A stretch of DNA of 59,884 bases, the filler included, from Squatina squatina (Eukaryota): the NCBI GenBank assembly GCA_031763465.1. It is 4 parts of 3 records of this genome, joined end to end, with 100 filler letters (N's around TTAATTAATTAA, not from the genome) between each part and the next. Parts side by side here need not be neighbours in the genome. Positions count along the whole stretch, not along the records: positions 1 to 15,037 come from JARFOE010000013.1; 3 more parts are not named here. The stretch is one strand, 5' to 3'. Positions within the stretch are counted from its first letter, which is position 1; every line of letters begins with the position of its first letter. Positions 1 through 12,755 of this stretch are shown here, piece by piece. Position numbers and translations under genes: made by a program. Under the pieces are notes generated by a model. It was given only the letters and a program-made list of their open reading frames with translations, was not told where the DNA came from and made no database searches.

Positions 1-71
1 ATAGTGCATTGTCATCATTATCAGTCCAGTCCAAGGAAATATGTCCACCATCTGCTGTCTTAATGAGCTCA
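1..71 (-). CDS. ABHD3: ABHD3 exon 3 (5' part; runs off the window edge)
   Basis: Acceptor ctgcattacag| on the minus strand. Phase-2 reading (N)ELIKTADGGHISLDWTDNDDNAL matches ABHD3 NELIKTADGGQISLDW and continues the exon-2 phase. Confidence 0.9.
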
Positions 72-1166
72 CTGTAATGCAGAGACAATAAACAAAATGA
101 AAATATACAAATTCTGTATACTGTTTTATACAACAGCATCTCTTTTTTTTCTTACTTATGTTATCAATTTATACAATCATTATTTGCTGGATACTTACAA
201 GCATAACTTATTATTACAGTTTCAGGCAAATGATGCAGTTGAAAGCAACAACTAGACTGCCAACAAATTCAATGCTTTTGGACTAGGATTAGGCTTAGAT
301 TTCCTGAAACTACAAGTTAAAAAAAAGCTAACTTTACAAATTGTTTTTACCCATCACCCACTTAATAATTTGTTCAACGATTCACTCCAAAAGAAAATTA
401 AAAAAACTCTGTAGTTCTAAAATTTGAGTCAATTACCATCTAAAAATATAAACCATGTCACTGGGCTGAATTTTCCGTGGTGATAGCGGTGTGATCGGTG
501 GTGGGTCAGGTGGGAAAGTTTTTTTTGACAGTGGGTGGAGAACTTGCCCCCATAAACCTTTCCCAAAGGTGCATCTGTCAGTGTGGAGCTGACCTGACTT
601 GCAGTGGCAAGGAACCCAATTGAAATCATTATGAGGTACTTTACAGGCATTTAAGAGCATTTTTCCCCCTACTTTTTAAAATTTCCCTGCAAGGCCACGG
701 GATTCACGCAGTTTGGGAAAAACGTTTGTCAACCTAAGGCGTGAGTTCCATGACCATTGCTGCAGCTGATTACTTGACAGCATTGTAAACAATCCAAAAT
801 AAAAACATATTGATTACATCAGCTAACAGATTGATGTTAATTTTTCACTGGCCATTCTCTGCTGTTGCCTTCCNNNNNNNNNNNNNNNNNNNNNNNNNNN
901 NNNNNNNNNNNNNNNNNNNNNNNNNNNNNNNNNNNNNNNNNNNNNNNNNNNNNNNNNNNNNNNNNNNNNNNNNTATTTTGGTTGGAATGGATATTTCTAA
1001 AATGTCAGTGACTTGAAATGTACATTGAAATCTGAATTATTTGTAACTGAAAGAAAAGAATGATTTAAAGTATTTTTCTATTTGAAAGAATACGGCTAAT
1101 TTCTGAATATGCATCAATACAGGACAATGCTAATGGTACAATAAGCAGATAAACAGTGGAGCGTAC

Positions 1167-1330
1167 TTTCTGTATTCCACCCAAGGTTTGGATGTGATGA
1201 ATGGCCTGAGCAGTGTCTGGACTCTTGCTTCCCAGCACCAAAAGGTCGGATAATAAGTCTCTGTTACCACAGGACAATACCTCTGTAGAAACTGAGATAG
1301 TGTTGCTGTCCCTGTGATAAGCTGCGGCTT
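1167..1330 (-). CDS. ABHD3: ABHD3 exon 2 (alpha/beta hydrolase phospholipase)
   Basis: tttattgcag|...|gtacgc, 164 bp. Encodes KPQLITGTATLSQFLQRYCPVVTETYYPTFWCWEARVQTLLRPFITSKPWVEYR, close to ABHD3. Confidence 0.93.
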
Positions 1331-2504
1331 CTGCAATAAATCAAGCTCACAGTTACAGTGTGACAGCAAATTCATGACATTTACTGGAGTTAAAAGAAAA
1401 AAAAACTGGTGACTACTAGAAATCTACAGTAAAAACAAAAAATAAAAGAATAGCTTATAGTTCCAGGTTCATCAGAACTGAGTTTCCAGAATGTTCTGCT
1501 TTTATTTTATAATATTTGGTCCTGTGTTGCTGTATACAACAGTCATCACTTTATGACTGCTGAGTCTTAAATTGAAAAATTAAGAACATTCAGACAGATA
1601 CTTGATTGCTGAAACTTTAAGGACCAATTCTGCAAGCCTGACTCAAAAAATTAGTGAGTCATTCATAACAAATTCATTTAGTTTCATTATTACTTATTTC
1701 ATTACCGTGTTCCTATTTTAGATTGAACCACGAAGTTCAAAATGCTAGTAATTCAAAGTTCTCCTAATGAGATTAAGGTGCTCTCTCTCACAGCCCAAAG
1801 CTATAAGAACTATATTCTGAAAAGTAGCATCCTTCTATTAGCATAGGACTTTTTTGAAGAAAAAAAAAACAGGTTCCATTCCTCAGCAGNNNNNNNNNNN
1901 NNNNNNNNNNNNNNNNNNNNNNNNNNNNNNNNNNNNNNNNNNNNNNNNNNNNNNNNNNNNNNNNNNNNNNNNNNNNNNNNNNNNNNNNNAGGGCGTCAAT
2001 GTGTTCCGTACAGTGGATTTGAGTTAAAGATTTGTTGATTGTTTATTGCTGGTTACACATTGCAGATATTTGTATTCTATTGAAACGCTTAATTTAAATA
2101 AGAATCACAGCTAATAGTATATTGCTCTCCTACAGGCCTGCATGCAAGTTTATCATTAAGTTTTCTCATGACCTGTCTTTGAGAAAGCCTAACAGGTATT
2201 ACTAATGAACAATTTCTGCAAAACACATCGTAGCATGTGAGGAAGACTTAGAGTAGCAGTATAAACGGAAAAGTTCATTAACATTCATATTCTATGAGTC
2301 GGGGTCATCTGCCTACTCGCATCTACTTTTTCATTAAAAAGGCATGCAGAGGGAAGATACAGCCAAAGAGATTCACTCAAAACTCATATCAATACAGTAA
2401 CTGCCACAGTGCCAACTTTCATGCTGACCAGGATAAAGTTGTGTGCTCAGAGCAGGAAATTCCTGAAACTAAGCCAGCTACAAATTTCTCCAAACGATAA
2501 CGGT

Positions 2505-2618
2505 GCCTATTTAGTTGCATATAAAGCAATCGTGACTCTGGAAAATGCAATTAAATTAAGGCCTATTTAATTGCATATAAAGCAATCGTGACTTTAGAAA
2601 ATGCAATTAAATTAAGGC
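2505..2618. repeat. Two-copy ~56 bp tandem duplication in ABHD3 intron 1
   Basis: gcctattta(g/a)ttgcatataaagcaatcgtgact(c/t)t(g/a)gaaaatgcaattaaattaag begins at 2505 and again at 2561. Confidence 0.9.
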
Positions 2619-3175
2619 TAATAATAATTAAAGGGAAGGGTAAATGACAAAGAAAATTAGGAACAGACATTAGCACTGAAAGAATGCAATGGAAAGAGTA
2701 CAACAGAAGACATGAGGCTGGGCAGGCTGGCCCTGGACTTATGACACATTGGGGTGATAAATAGAAGAACAAAATGGAGAGAGTAACACAAAGGGAGAAA
2801 TAGAGCATGAGAAGGTGTTACTGACCTTAGTACAGATGTGCATTATGCAGTTACATCTGGAAGTGACAACTCTGACCCATTCAGTGCAGTGGTGGAAACT
2901 TGTGATTGGAGATTTTCAAATAAAACTAAAATAGTTGCAACAACACCAATGTCTGCAGCAGAGATTTAATCACTTAATCTTATCCCATACAGGAATCGAT
3001 TTAGCTGCAAACCTCTTCCTGGCAAAGTAACAGACACAGCTTAAAATGTGGATAATGAGAAAACAAGCAACATTAAAATGATTTACAGTAACATCTATTA
3101 TTGCCTTTTGGGAAATGACACCAGGCAGATTTTATATAAAACTGTTAGATAAAATGCAATAAACCTCTTCCTTAC

Positions 3176-3337
3176 CTTTGCAACTGAGCTCAGGTAATAA
3201 CAGATGTAGGCAGCGCCGAATCCGAAAACAAGAGACAAACCTACCCCTGAACCTGACAGATTGACTTTGACCTGATTTTCTAAATACACTGTTAGGTCTC
3301 TGGTCAATGTGTTCACATTCCATATCAGATCAACCAT
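3176..3337 (-). CDS. ABHD3: ABHD3 first coding exon (signal-anchor region)
   Basis: ATG at 3337, donor AAG|gtaagg. Encodes MVDLIWNVNTLTRDLTVYLENQVKVNLSGSGVGLSLVFGFGAAYICYYLSSVAK, matching the ABHD3 N-terminus (LSLYLEHQVRVGFFGSGVGLSL...YYLSSIAK). Confidence 0.9.
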
Positions 3338-3502
3338 TGCTGTACTGCTGGTGGAAAATAAGAAGGGGCTACTCGCACTTTGCACCAGAAGCTGAGAGGC
3401 TGTAACACCAGATTCTTGCACCCTTCAGCCCAACCCTCATACACTAGCACAATCCTCTTCAGCTTCTATTTATAGGTTTAAGGCCTTACTCAGGCCTTTA
3501 AA

Positions 3503-3515
3503 TGCCACCTGCTGG
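3503..3515 (-). promoter_or_regulatory. CTCF-like motif just upstream of the ABHD3 start codon
   Basis: Minus strand CCAGCAGGTGGCA fits the CTCF core consensus. Motif match only. Confidence 0.35.
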
Positions 3516-6500
3516 AGAGATATCATCACACTAACGACAACTTTTCTTCCTCACTTTTCCAAACTACACTTAAATTAAAGGGCTTAGTTTGTTGCCAGAC
3601 ATGATGACAACATTTGTTTTACTATTAAAGACTGACTGAATTGTTGCTCACTGAAATGATAGAGAAGAGTTCATTTTCTTCAGAGAAATTTCTGAAGTAC
3701 GTCGTACACCATACAGTAAAGATGCACCGTTTTTAGAACAAGGCGCACACAACACAGATCAGTAGACCGTGCAATTTACCCTAAATAGCCAGCTGCTCAG
3801 AAAATTATTCGCGAGCCTTGAGGTGATTTGTCCTTCAACTTTCCTCATCCTCAAGTGTGGAGAAAATGCTCAGAATTTTAATGGGTTAGCGGGTTGGGAG
3901 CGGGCGGGGGCTAGAAAGCAGTCGGGAAATCTAGGAGAACAGGTTTCATGCAGGCCCTGCCGAATTTTATAGCAGAGCCTGATTTTCATTTCATTCCTCT
4001 ATTTCTCACCTGCAGNNNNNNNNNNNNNNNNNNNNNNNNNNNNNNNNNNNNNNNNNNNNNNNNNNNNNNNNNNNNNNNNNNNNNNNNNNNNNNNNNNNNN
4101 NNNNNNNNNNNNNNNATTTTAAGATTAGATCTTAAGGGATTTGCATTATCCTTTCAACTTATTTTAGTTGTGGACGGCAGTAGCTTATGTGGTTAGATGG
4201 TTTCTTTCATTTCAATTATGTTGTTTGATGATAAAGAAAGAGGTCTGCATTTAAGGTATCTTCTGAGATGTGCATAAAATTTGCTGCTGATGTTACTTTA
4301 TGGTCTGCAGGCACAGTGTTTTCCTTCCCATTTGGAATTGCAACAATAGTATTTCGAAATATCTTCTTAACAAGCCAGGTGAAATTATTTTGGTGGCATG
4401 AGGGCACTGTCAGTGTGGCTGCCCATCTGCTGAATTAAAATAATGCTCTTCTCTTATTCTTTGTAATAAAGTATAAAATAGATCATCTTTATAGCAGCTG
4501 GAAGGTAACAAAATAAGATCCAATACTATCCCCGTGCCGACATCTTATACTTGGTATGTTATTTGCTGATATAACAAAGGAATAATTATTCCTTGATTGT
4601 ACGATAAACCAGATGCAGAAGGTTCAGTAGAAAAATACCTGAAAATTGGAAATCTTTGTAAGCCTGTTACTATGCAGAATGGTAAATATTTTTAAACACA
4701 AGTGTTAACATATAGATTTTCATATACTGACATAGGTAGTTATGGAAAATAAAATAAAAAATTGGGTTCATATGGATTCTGTAATATATTTTCTTGCTTA
4801 TTTCAGTTTTAATAAACAATAATTGTTATCAAATAATAGATATCCTTTACAGAATAAAGTTTTGGACTAACTTCAAATTAAAAGTTAAGGAGGATTTAAG
4901 TCCCGATGCCCAGCATGAGGAAACGATGTTTGGAAAGTTAGGTTAATAGCTGTCATCTAACTCAGATTCAGAAGCTTATTTTGGTAATCGGGGACCTGAA
5001 ACTGAAGTCCACCTCCGATACTGGTCTGGAAATGTCCCTGGATGTGCTCTTNNNNNNNNNNNNNNNNNNNNNNNNNNNNNNNNNNNNNNNNNNNNNNNNN
5101 NNNNNNNNNNNNNNNNNNNNNNNNNNNNNNNNNNNNNNNNNNNNNNNNNNNCTTGCAGAGTTGAATTGTAAAGTCTTTTGACCGGATAGCTGGTATGCGT
5201 TTTCTGATGTGCTGTTTATATCTTTCACCCCCTTTGGAAAACAAAAGCAAGAAAAAAAATTCCAAAACACAAACACAAAATGTAATTTGCAAAAACTCTC
5301 TTACTGTGACAATAATAGCATTCTTGAGTTTGCCATGCACAAATGGAGGGATGGATAGCAGTTTAGCGTCAACTGAATTTATCTGCCCTCACACCCATTG
5401 CCCCCAATATGTCCTCGGGGGGCGTCGGTGATCAGGGCTGAGCACTCGGGGAGATCGCAGGGTGGGTGTGGCGAACCATATATTGGGGGAGGGAGGAGCA
5501 AGAGATCACAGGGTCTTTAAAGAAGTAAGCTTGGGGGACCTGGGTGAGCACTCCTGCTCCTGCTGGCCCACAAGCAGTGCTGGAAAAGCACTTATCTACT
5601 GGATACGGCAGTTTTTGTCTCCCTTCAGCTTTTGGGTGGCCTGAGCAATAATCCTGCTAATTTTTTTTTCGTTGCCAATTGCCGTGCCTCATTACTGGTC
5701 TGATTCAGACAAACTAAACATTGCAGATGAGGGGTTGAATCTGGAACTTTCCAGCCTGTTTTGCTCAATACTACACCATGCAGGGGCATTTCCCCATTGA
5801 ACCAGATAATAGAATTTTTCCATTTATTGTTCTATCTCCCTGAGGTGGAATTTTTATCTAGTTTCCATAGGTGAAAGAGCGGTGATAATTCCTACTTAGC
5901 CCTTAGCATTATTATATTTTATAGTAGAATGTACACATACGTGTATTCTGCAATGGTTCCATCCACCCATTTCCATACATTTTGTTGCTCTGTGTCTGAC
6001 AGACCAATCCAAAAGTAATTTATTCCATTCATTTGCTTTCTCACCCATTGCTGTAATATCAATATACAAATTATTAGGACTGTAAATAAATATGTATTAT
6101 GTAGAACATCAAAAAATTACTTAGCATTGCCAACATTTTGCAAAATAGTGTATAATATAGCAGCATTCCTGTCAGAAACACTTTATTACATTAAAGTTGT
6201 GCTTCAGTTAGTCAATATTTGCTCTTAAAGTGCTTTTACCGTAGATTAATTCAGGTGAGAGATGCGTGGCATCATCAGTTGCACTTGTAAACATAAATAA
6301 ACTGACCTATAAAAAATCAAAGGTATTCTAAACCCACAAAAATGTGGATTTTTTAATCTGCTGTTGGATTAAGTACCTCCTGTCACTGCAAGCCAATCAC
6401 GCGCCAGCATCGTGTTCAGAAAGATTGGGCTAATTAGGCAAATGGCTAAGCAATGGTACATAATTGGAAAAGGAAATGTGAAANNNNNNNNNNNNNNNNN

Positions 6501-6583
6501 NNNNNNNNNNNNNNNNNNNNNNNNNNNNNNNNNNNNNNNNNNNNNNNNNNNNNNNNNNNNNNNNNNNNNNNNNNNNNNNNNNN

Positions 6584-7211
6584 GGTGGTCAGGATGGCTA
6601 GCTCGTCCGCATGTTGACTCAATGTATTGGTACAAGTGGTTTTTATACCATTCAGGTTGCTTGTCAGAGATCGAAGATGTTGCACAGTCCAACTAATATT
6701 GCCAATAATACTGCTGATGTCTCTCTCATTTATATCCATGCGCACTTCAAGTTGTTCAAAACTGGCAGATGTTTTGTTTTCATGAGCTTTTTGATACTGC
6801 TGTAAATCCTTGAGACTCTCTTCATGATTGGTAGCCATGAAACTGATATTCGCCATCTGGCTACTGAGAGAGTTCAGTTGATTATTCATATCCTCCAAAG
6901 TGTCACTATTACTCATCACCATAACTGAGTTGTTCACTGCTTGTAACTGTAGGTATTGCAATTTCTCTTTTAGCCAGTCAGTGTCCTTTCGTGCTTGAAG
7001 CACAGTCTGTTGGAGAGCCTGCCAATCGTTCCTTATCTTCTGGATGGCCTGACTGGTATCATCAACAGATTTCTGCAGTGCAATGAATAAATCCCTTTGC
7101 TGAATTTGTGTCTGATTTAATTGGATGAGATTCATAACTGTATTGCTTTGAGACTTGGCTTGTCCTTGTACGTCATTTTGCAGCTTACCAGTGTTTTGCT
7201 CCAGGTTGGTA
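6584..7211 (-). CDS. COLEC12: COLEC12 (collectin-12/CL-P1) large coiled-coil exon, both ends lost in gaps
   Basis: Open frame ...QQRDLFIALQKSVDDTSQAIQKIRNDWQALQQTVLQARKDTDWLKEKLQ...HLRSLTSNLNGIKTTCTNTL matches the COLEC12 coiled coil. Confidence 0.92.
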
Positions 7212-7484
7212 NNNNNNNNNNNNNNNNNNNNNNNNNNNNNNNNNNNNNNNNNNNNNNNNNNNNNNNNNNNNNNNNNNNNNNNNNNNNNNNNNNNNNNNNN
7301 NNNNNNNNNNNATGCTTTGAGATGGAATTGCTGTCAGGGCTGTGACATCAAGGTCAGAACCAGGATGTTCCAGCCGTAAACCCCTGTCAGAACAATCCAT
7401 GTGTATTGCTTAAAATAATAAATGTGTGAATTGAATTACAGAATAATACAAAAAGGTGAAAGAATAGTGTCAAATTTCTGTTAC

Positions 7485-7607
7485 CTTTGTATCCCAGGAT
7501 GGCTACAGTAATAGTCAGCATGGCACACAGGACATAGAGCAGCAGAATAGCAAATTTCAGGGCCCAGTTGTTTCTACATCGATTACACTGAGGCCCTTCC
7601 TGGATTC
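7485..7607 (-). CDS. COLEC12: COLEC12 exon 3 (transmembrane segment)
   Basis: ttgttgcag|...|gtaaca, 123 bp, phase 1-1. Encodes GIQEGPQCNRCRNNWALKFAILLLYVLCAMLTITVAILGYK. Confidence 0.95.
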
Positions 7608-10131
7608 CTGCAACAAAAATACAAGGTTTAACATTTTGGCAGATATGATAGTCAGCTACATCTTCAATTATGCTTTGTATCATATATTTATGCAACAAAT
7701 GTTTCGGTAAATTTAAGTGAATATTTGCTCATTACTCTTCACGCATCTGAATTACACAGCAGTGTTTAGAGATTAGTCCAAAATCCTTTCACTGTTTTAT
7801 TCTGCCACTACCCCGCCCTGCACCCCACTCCCACTTTCTTTCATTTTCTCTCTTGATCTCAATGCTCTTGGGCACAGTTCCACAGGCACCTGCAGCCTTC
7901 AGCACCTTANNNNNNNNNNNNNNNNNNNNNNNNNNNNNNNNNNNNNNNNNNNNNNNNNNNNNNNNNNNNNNNNNNNNNNNNNNNNNNNNNNNNNNNNNNN
8001 NNNNNNNNNTAAATCCCTATGCAATACACTTGTTTAAATTATGGAAGCAATTTAACACAATACTCCTGTCTCTCCCTCTCCTTCTCTCCTGGCACAATCT
8101 CAACAGTTCCCTGATAGCAGTCTTGAGCTTTGGCTGAGACCCATAGTTTAGCTTGAATTTGGAAATCTTTGGCATGCCTGCCTCTAATTGTCAATGAATC
8201 CTAAAGGCTTGTTTCCTTACTTCACCTTTTATCATGCCTTTTTTCATAGACTTTTGGAAAGTATCATTATGAATTCCATTACACATAAATAGTGACTAAC
8301 TGCCTCGGAGCCAGCTAATTTACTTTTTTTTAACACATGTTACTTCTAATTTTTATTTCTTTGTAGTTCACCCAACATCACATTCTTTTCTAGTTGAGAG
8401 CATGGAACAATCTGGGCTACAAACTTCTTCACTGTCAGCAAGGGAGGCATGTTTCAGTGGGTGCTGATTTTTCTGCTCATTAAGTAACTATGCCAGCACA
8501 ACATTCAGTAATTAAGTCCAGATAGTACGGTCACCATCGGGTCAGCACAGGAAATTCCAGTAGAGGCAAAAATAAGTTTGCATCCTCCAGGTCACATATT
8601 CTACAGGTCTCCAGAGATGCCTCCCATCACTCGCCAGTACCATCTGCTGCTTTCAGTTCTTTCTTCTGACAATCTGAAACATTTCTCGTCAATAAATCTT
8701 GAAGACATTTTTCCTTTATCCAGCTGAGTACTTGTCTGCATGCCTTCTTTCATGTAAATAAATTAACATTTCTCTTAAGCTTCAACATGCCACTGAAGAA
8801 TTTTAGGATAAAAGCTTTTTTGTAACAGTGTTTTCCTTAGATTTTCTGCTTTTATTTCATTTTTTTTCTTTGCTTCATGAATCATGATCCTCTCTGGTCA
8901 ACACTGTAAATAATTATACTCTCAGAGGGTGAGACAATCTGGCCCATGAACCTCTTCACATCCAATCGTCAATCATGCTCTACATTGCTCCAACAAGAGA
9001 CACGATTTAATAGCGGGTAAGTTAAATGAGATCAGATATTTCCTTCCACCGTGACCACGTCATAACTTGGCTGAGAACTCTGAGAACTCATTCAACCAAA
9101 GTGAGAAAATTAGTAAACTGATTACTCAGCATGTTTATCTAGTGAGTAGTTGCGCCTTAAGTGTGAGGGTCCCCATNNNNNNNNNNNNNNNNNNNNNNNN
9201 NNNNNNNNNNNNNNNNNNNNNNNNNNNNNNNNNNNNNNNNNNNNNNNNNNNNNNNNNNNNNNNNNNNNNNNNNNNNGCCACAGAGATCGTGAGATCTTTG
9301 TGGGCAGCTTTCTTTGAGGTAAGCGGCGATCACCGTCACTTTGCCACTGACTGCAAATTCCAGGCCAATGTACAATAGGTATATAAAACTTCCAATGTTA
9401 GGATATTTTAGGCAAACTCACACTCCTGGAATAACGAGGACCAGGCTGATCTTAAATCTCCACTGTGACACTATATCAAACTTAGTATCAGCCTCTGTAT
9501 TAACTTTTTCAGTGCGGTTGTTATATTATTACCACAGATTTTATTAGAACTATTGAAAAATAAGAAGTTTGCAGCAGCAGACACAATAGCACCAATCTTA
9601 TTATTCTGTCCGTTGTGTATAAACATGTGGCAAGATACTTTTCCAGAAAATCAATGCTGCTTTAACAGAACATGTTTCCAGAGAGATAATTGAATAGTAA
9701 AAGTAGAATCTTAACTTCAGGAAGAACTATCCATTTATGTGAGGTATATTAAATTCTGAAATATATTTAGACAGTAAGGTTCATTGTTCTAATATTGCTT
9801 ATAAATACAAACCTTTTTAACACTTGATTTGAAGAGGATTCAGAGAATCAGTTCCCAGAACCAGTGTCAAAGGTGTTGTCCTGTGATGTTCCTTAAATTA
9901 CAATTAGCTCTATCCCCTCTTCTCCAGATACACCTGATTTAATGCTCAGGAAAATGCACTAGATGTATTCCAGTAGAGAGTTCTTTATTACATGATCCTT
10001 ACCTCGAAAAATCAGTTCTGTTAATGTCAAATTAAATGTTTTTTTCTGTACATACTGTGGAGCCTTTATTCATTTAACAAATCTGACTGTAAGTGATTAG
10101 TTTTGCAAACCCTGTTGTAATTGGTACTCAC

Positions 10132-10182
10132 CAAACCTCTTGTAACCCATTGAATGCACCTCCTCTTCTTCACTGTAGTCAT
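10132..10182 (-). CDS. COLEC12: COLEC12 exon 2 (cytoplasmic tail with YKRF endocytosis motif)
   Basis: ttccagcag|...|gtgagt, 51 bp, phase 1-1. Encodes DDYSEEEEVHSMGYKRFG (COLEC12 has DDFAEEEEVQSFGYKRFG). Confidence 0.93.
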
Positions 10183-10544
10183 CTGCTGGAACAAATAGGC
10201 CAATCAACACAACAAAATGGAGCATGGTATTAACAAATACAGAGAGAAGAAAGCAAAGTCCTGCACTCCACATGAAACTATTAAAGGGAATAATCAACTG
10301 CTTCAAGTTCTGTGCATCCTTTATTAGGCAAAGCTGTGATCATTACCCACATCCCTTTACATCTTAAATTAATGGACTTTGAATTTTCACTTGCAATATG
10401 TGTTACATATATAAGCTCCATTCTTCTTGTTATTCCCCCATTGTTATGACTTAATTTGAAGCAATGTTCCATTTTTGCCTTTTCTATACTATTTATTATG
10501 TCATAAATGCTATGAAATCGCCTTTCAATCATTATTTTCAAGGT

Positions 10545-10958
10545 TGAAAGTCCAGGCTTCTTTAGTAGGGCCCACGGATAGATCCTTTGGGGATTATAGA
10601 GGTAATGGGGCAGCCATTGCTGGAGATGCTCTGGGGCTATGGTTGGATAGGTCAGATTGGCAAGACTAGTCCCACTGAGTAGGGCAACAGAGGAGAGACA
10701 TTGGAGGAGGATGGTATGGCCATCCATGTCAAAGGCTGCAAAAAGATCAAGAAGGATGAGGAGGAATTTTGTACCATGATCAGTTGCAGAGGACGTCATT
10801 TGTGACTTTGATTCAGACTGTTTCAGGGCTGTTGCAGAGGCAGAAACCAGATTGGAACAATTTAAGCATGAAGTTGTAGGAAAGATGAGCATGGCTTTCA
10901 GTGGTCACAACACATTCAAAAACTTTGAAGAGGAAGGGGAGGTTGGAGGTTGGGCAGA
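10545..10958 (-). mobile_element. L2-clade LINE reverse transcriptase fragment (degenerate)
   Basis: Minus-strand LLILLDLFAAFDMDGHTILLQCL resembles the LLDLSAAFDTVDH motif. FQSGF and SNLPFL motifs appear in neighbouring frames. Confidence 0.8.
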
Positions 10959-11444
10959 NNNNNNNNNNNNNNNNNNNNNNNNNNNNNNNNNNNNNNNNNN
11001 NNNNNNNNNNNNNNNNNNNNNNNNNNNNNNNNNNNNNNNNNNNNNNNNNNNNNNNNNNTCTTTCCTTATGGCTCAGTAAAACACCTTGGGATGTTTTTTG
11101 TACATTAAAGGCACTATACAAATGTCTGTTGCATGTCCCCAAATTATTGCATTGTAAGACATGACTTGTAATTACATACTCCAACCCAAAAAACAATGCA
11201 TACAACAGTGGAAAAGTGATCGACAGAAGATTATGTGTCTTGGCGATTTTATGGAATATGATGCTCTTAGAAATACAATTACATTGTTCATGAAAGATGA
11301 GTTCTGTCATTTTTGCCATTAAGATTCATCCAATTTGGCCTTTTCCTCTAAATTCATCTTTTAAAATATCTTGTACTCAACCTCGTGCACTTTGACATCA
11401 TTTAAATTTGTGTACATCCAATGAAAAATTACTCCAATTCGTCC

Positions 11445-11541
11445 CTCAGTAATTATATGCTCAAGTCTCTGGAGTAGATCTTGAACCCACAACCTTTTGA
11501 CCCAGAGGCGAGAGTGCTATCACTGAGGCATGGCTGACACT
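11445..11541 (-). mobile_element. SacSINE1/DeuSINE 5' head fragment
   Basis: tgctcaagtctctggagtagatcttgaacccacaaccttttgacccagaggcgagagtgct...gctgacac, shared with the copies at 14.0 kb and 48.9 kb. Confidence 0.75.
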
Positions 11542-12037
11542 GTATAGCTTCAATTTATCTTGGAAAAATGTTAAAAGATATTGTTTAAATAATTCATCTC
11601 AGGACAAAATAAGAAATTACATTAATATTTCTAAGCATGTATCCCCATTCTGGGGAAGGGGATATTGCTGCAGGAGCCAAGTGTATCTTACAACATTATG
11701 CACAAGCTAGTCAGTGTATTAACAATATGAGTCCTGTTGTCTTGTTGGACATAGTTTTTGTTATGCTGGAGTGAAATCTGCCATGCATATTGAGAATTAT
11801 AGTTGAAAACTGGAAAATCTTATCAGNNNNNNNNNNAGAAGGCAAGTATGTCATCCTGTTTGTATGACAACAACTACTATACTGTCAGAACAATGTATTT
11901 ATCTCAGGTGAAAAAATGTACTGTATATAAGTTTTTTTTTAAATAATAATTTACCTCCACTTGGTTGGAGCATTCACCAGCTAACTCTGAGACCGTGCTG
12001 AAGTGTGCTCTGTATGCCGCGAGCTGAAAATGGTTGG

Positions 12038-12054
12038 ACTACAACTCCCAGCAT
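12038..12054 (+). promoter_or_regulatory. ZNF143/STAF (SBS) composite promoter motif
   Basis: ACTACAACTCCCAGCAT matches the ACTACAnnTCCCAGnAT promoter element bound by ZNF143/THAP11. Confidence 0.65.
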
Positions 12055-12755
12055 TGATGCCTGGGCCTTTATCAGAGGGCAGTAGTTATTCGGTCTGTCT
12101 AATAGCTTCCCTTTCTTTTAAGAGTCAACGTATGTCACACACTGGTTACCAGAAGAATGGGTCAAAACCAAATTTATGTGATTTTAAAGTTGTATATCAG
12201 CATTGCTAAAATTTAAGAGTTGATATTGTACGGTTACCAATACCTTTGAGAAATCCCGTTGCTGTTCAGTGTCTTTTTTTAAGTTATTCAGTAATGCGCT
12301 TTTGAGGCATGCCAATAACGCGCACCTTTATTAGTAAACTTATCGATGAGGTTGACAATATTTTATAGCAGCAAAGTGAAATTATCAGATGCAATCTTAC
12401 ACTTTCAATCTTGTGTTCCGAATGGGTTGCAAAATTAGACACTGCAAAGTATTAAACAATATAACCTAACCTCCATTCAGATTTATTACATTTGATATAA
12501 TTATAAATTGCCTCAGCATGGTAACTGCAGAAGTGAGTATATTGAAAGCTTTTTTAGGTTTTTGATTGAATATTACTTGAAAAATACAACTTTAAAAATC
12601 CCTATTTTCATTTGATCATGTTTGCAGCACCTATATTGTATTTCAAATTATGAAATGAGTTTAAATTTTCATATTATTTATTATTCAGTCATGCTTTCAG
12701 TAGCTCCATGGCTTATCATATAACGTTTCCATTTGGGCTTAATTTTGTTCAGATT

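Noticed and set aside
4495-4553. Possible plus-strand exon (tttatag|...|gtatgt, QLEGNKIRSNTIPVPTSYT)
   Set aside because: Its phase is incompatible with the next candidate exon (joining creates TGA), and the intron would be only 59 bp.
7312-7383. AG acceptor 101 bp after COLEC12 exon 3, considered as exon 4
   Set aside because: The in-phase reading GVYGWNILVLTLMSQP* stops early and does not resemble COLEC12 exon 4, which is probably in a gap.
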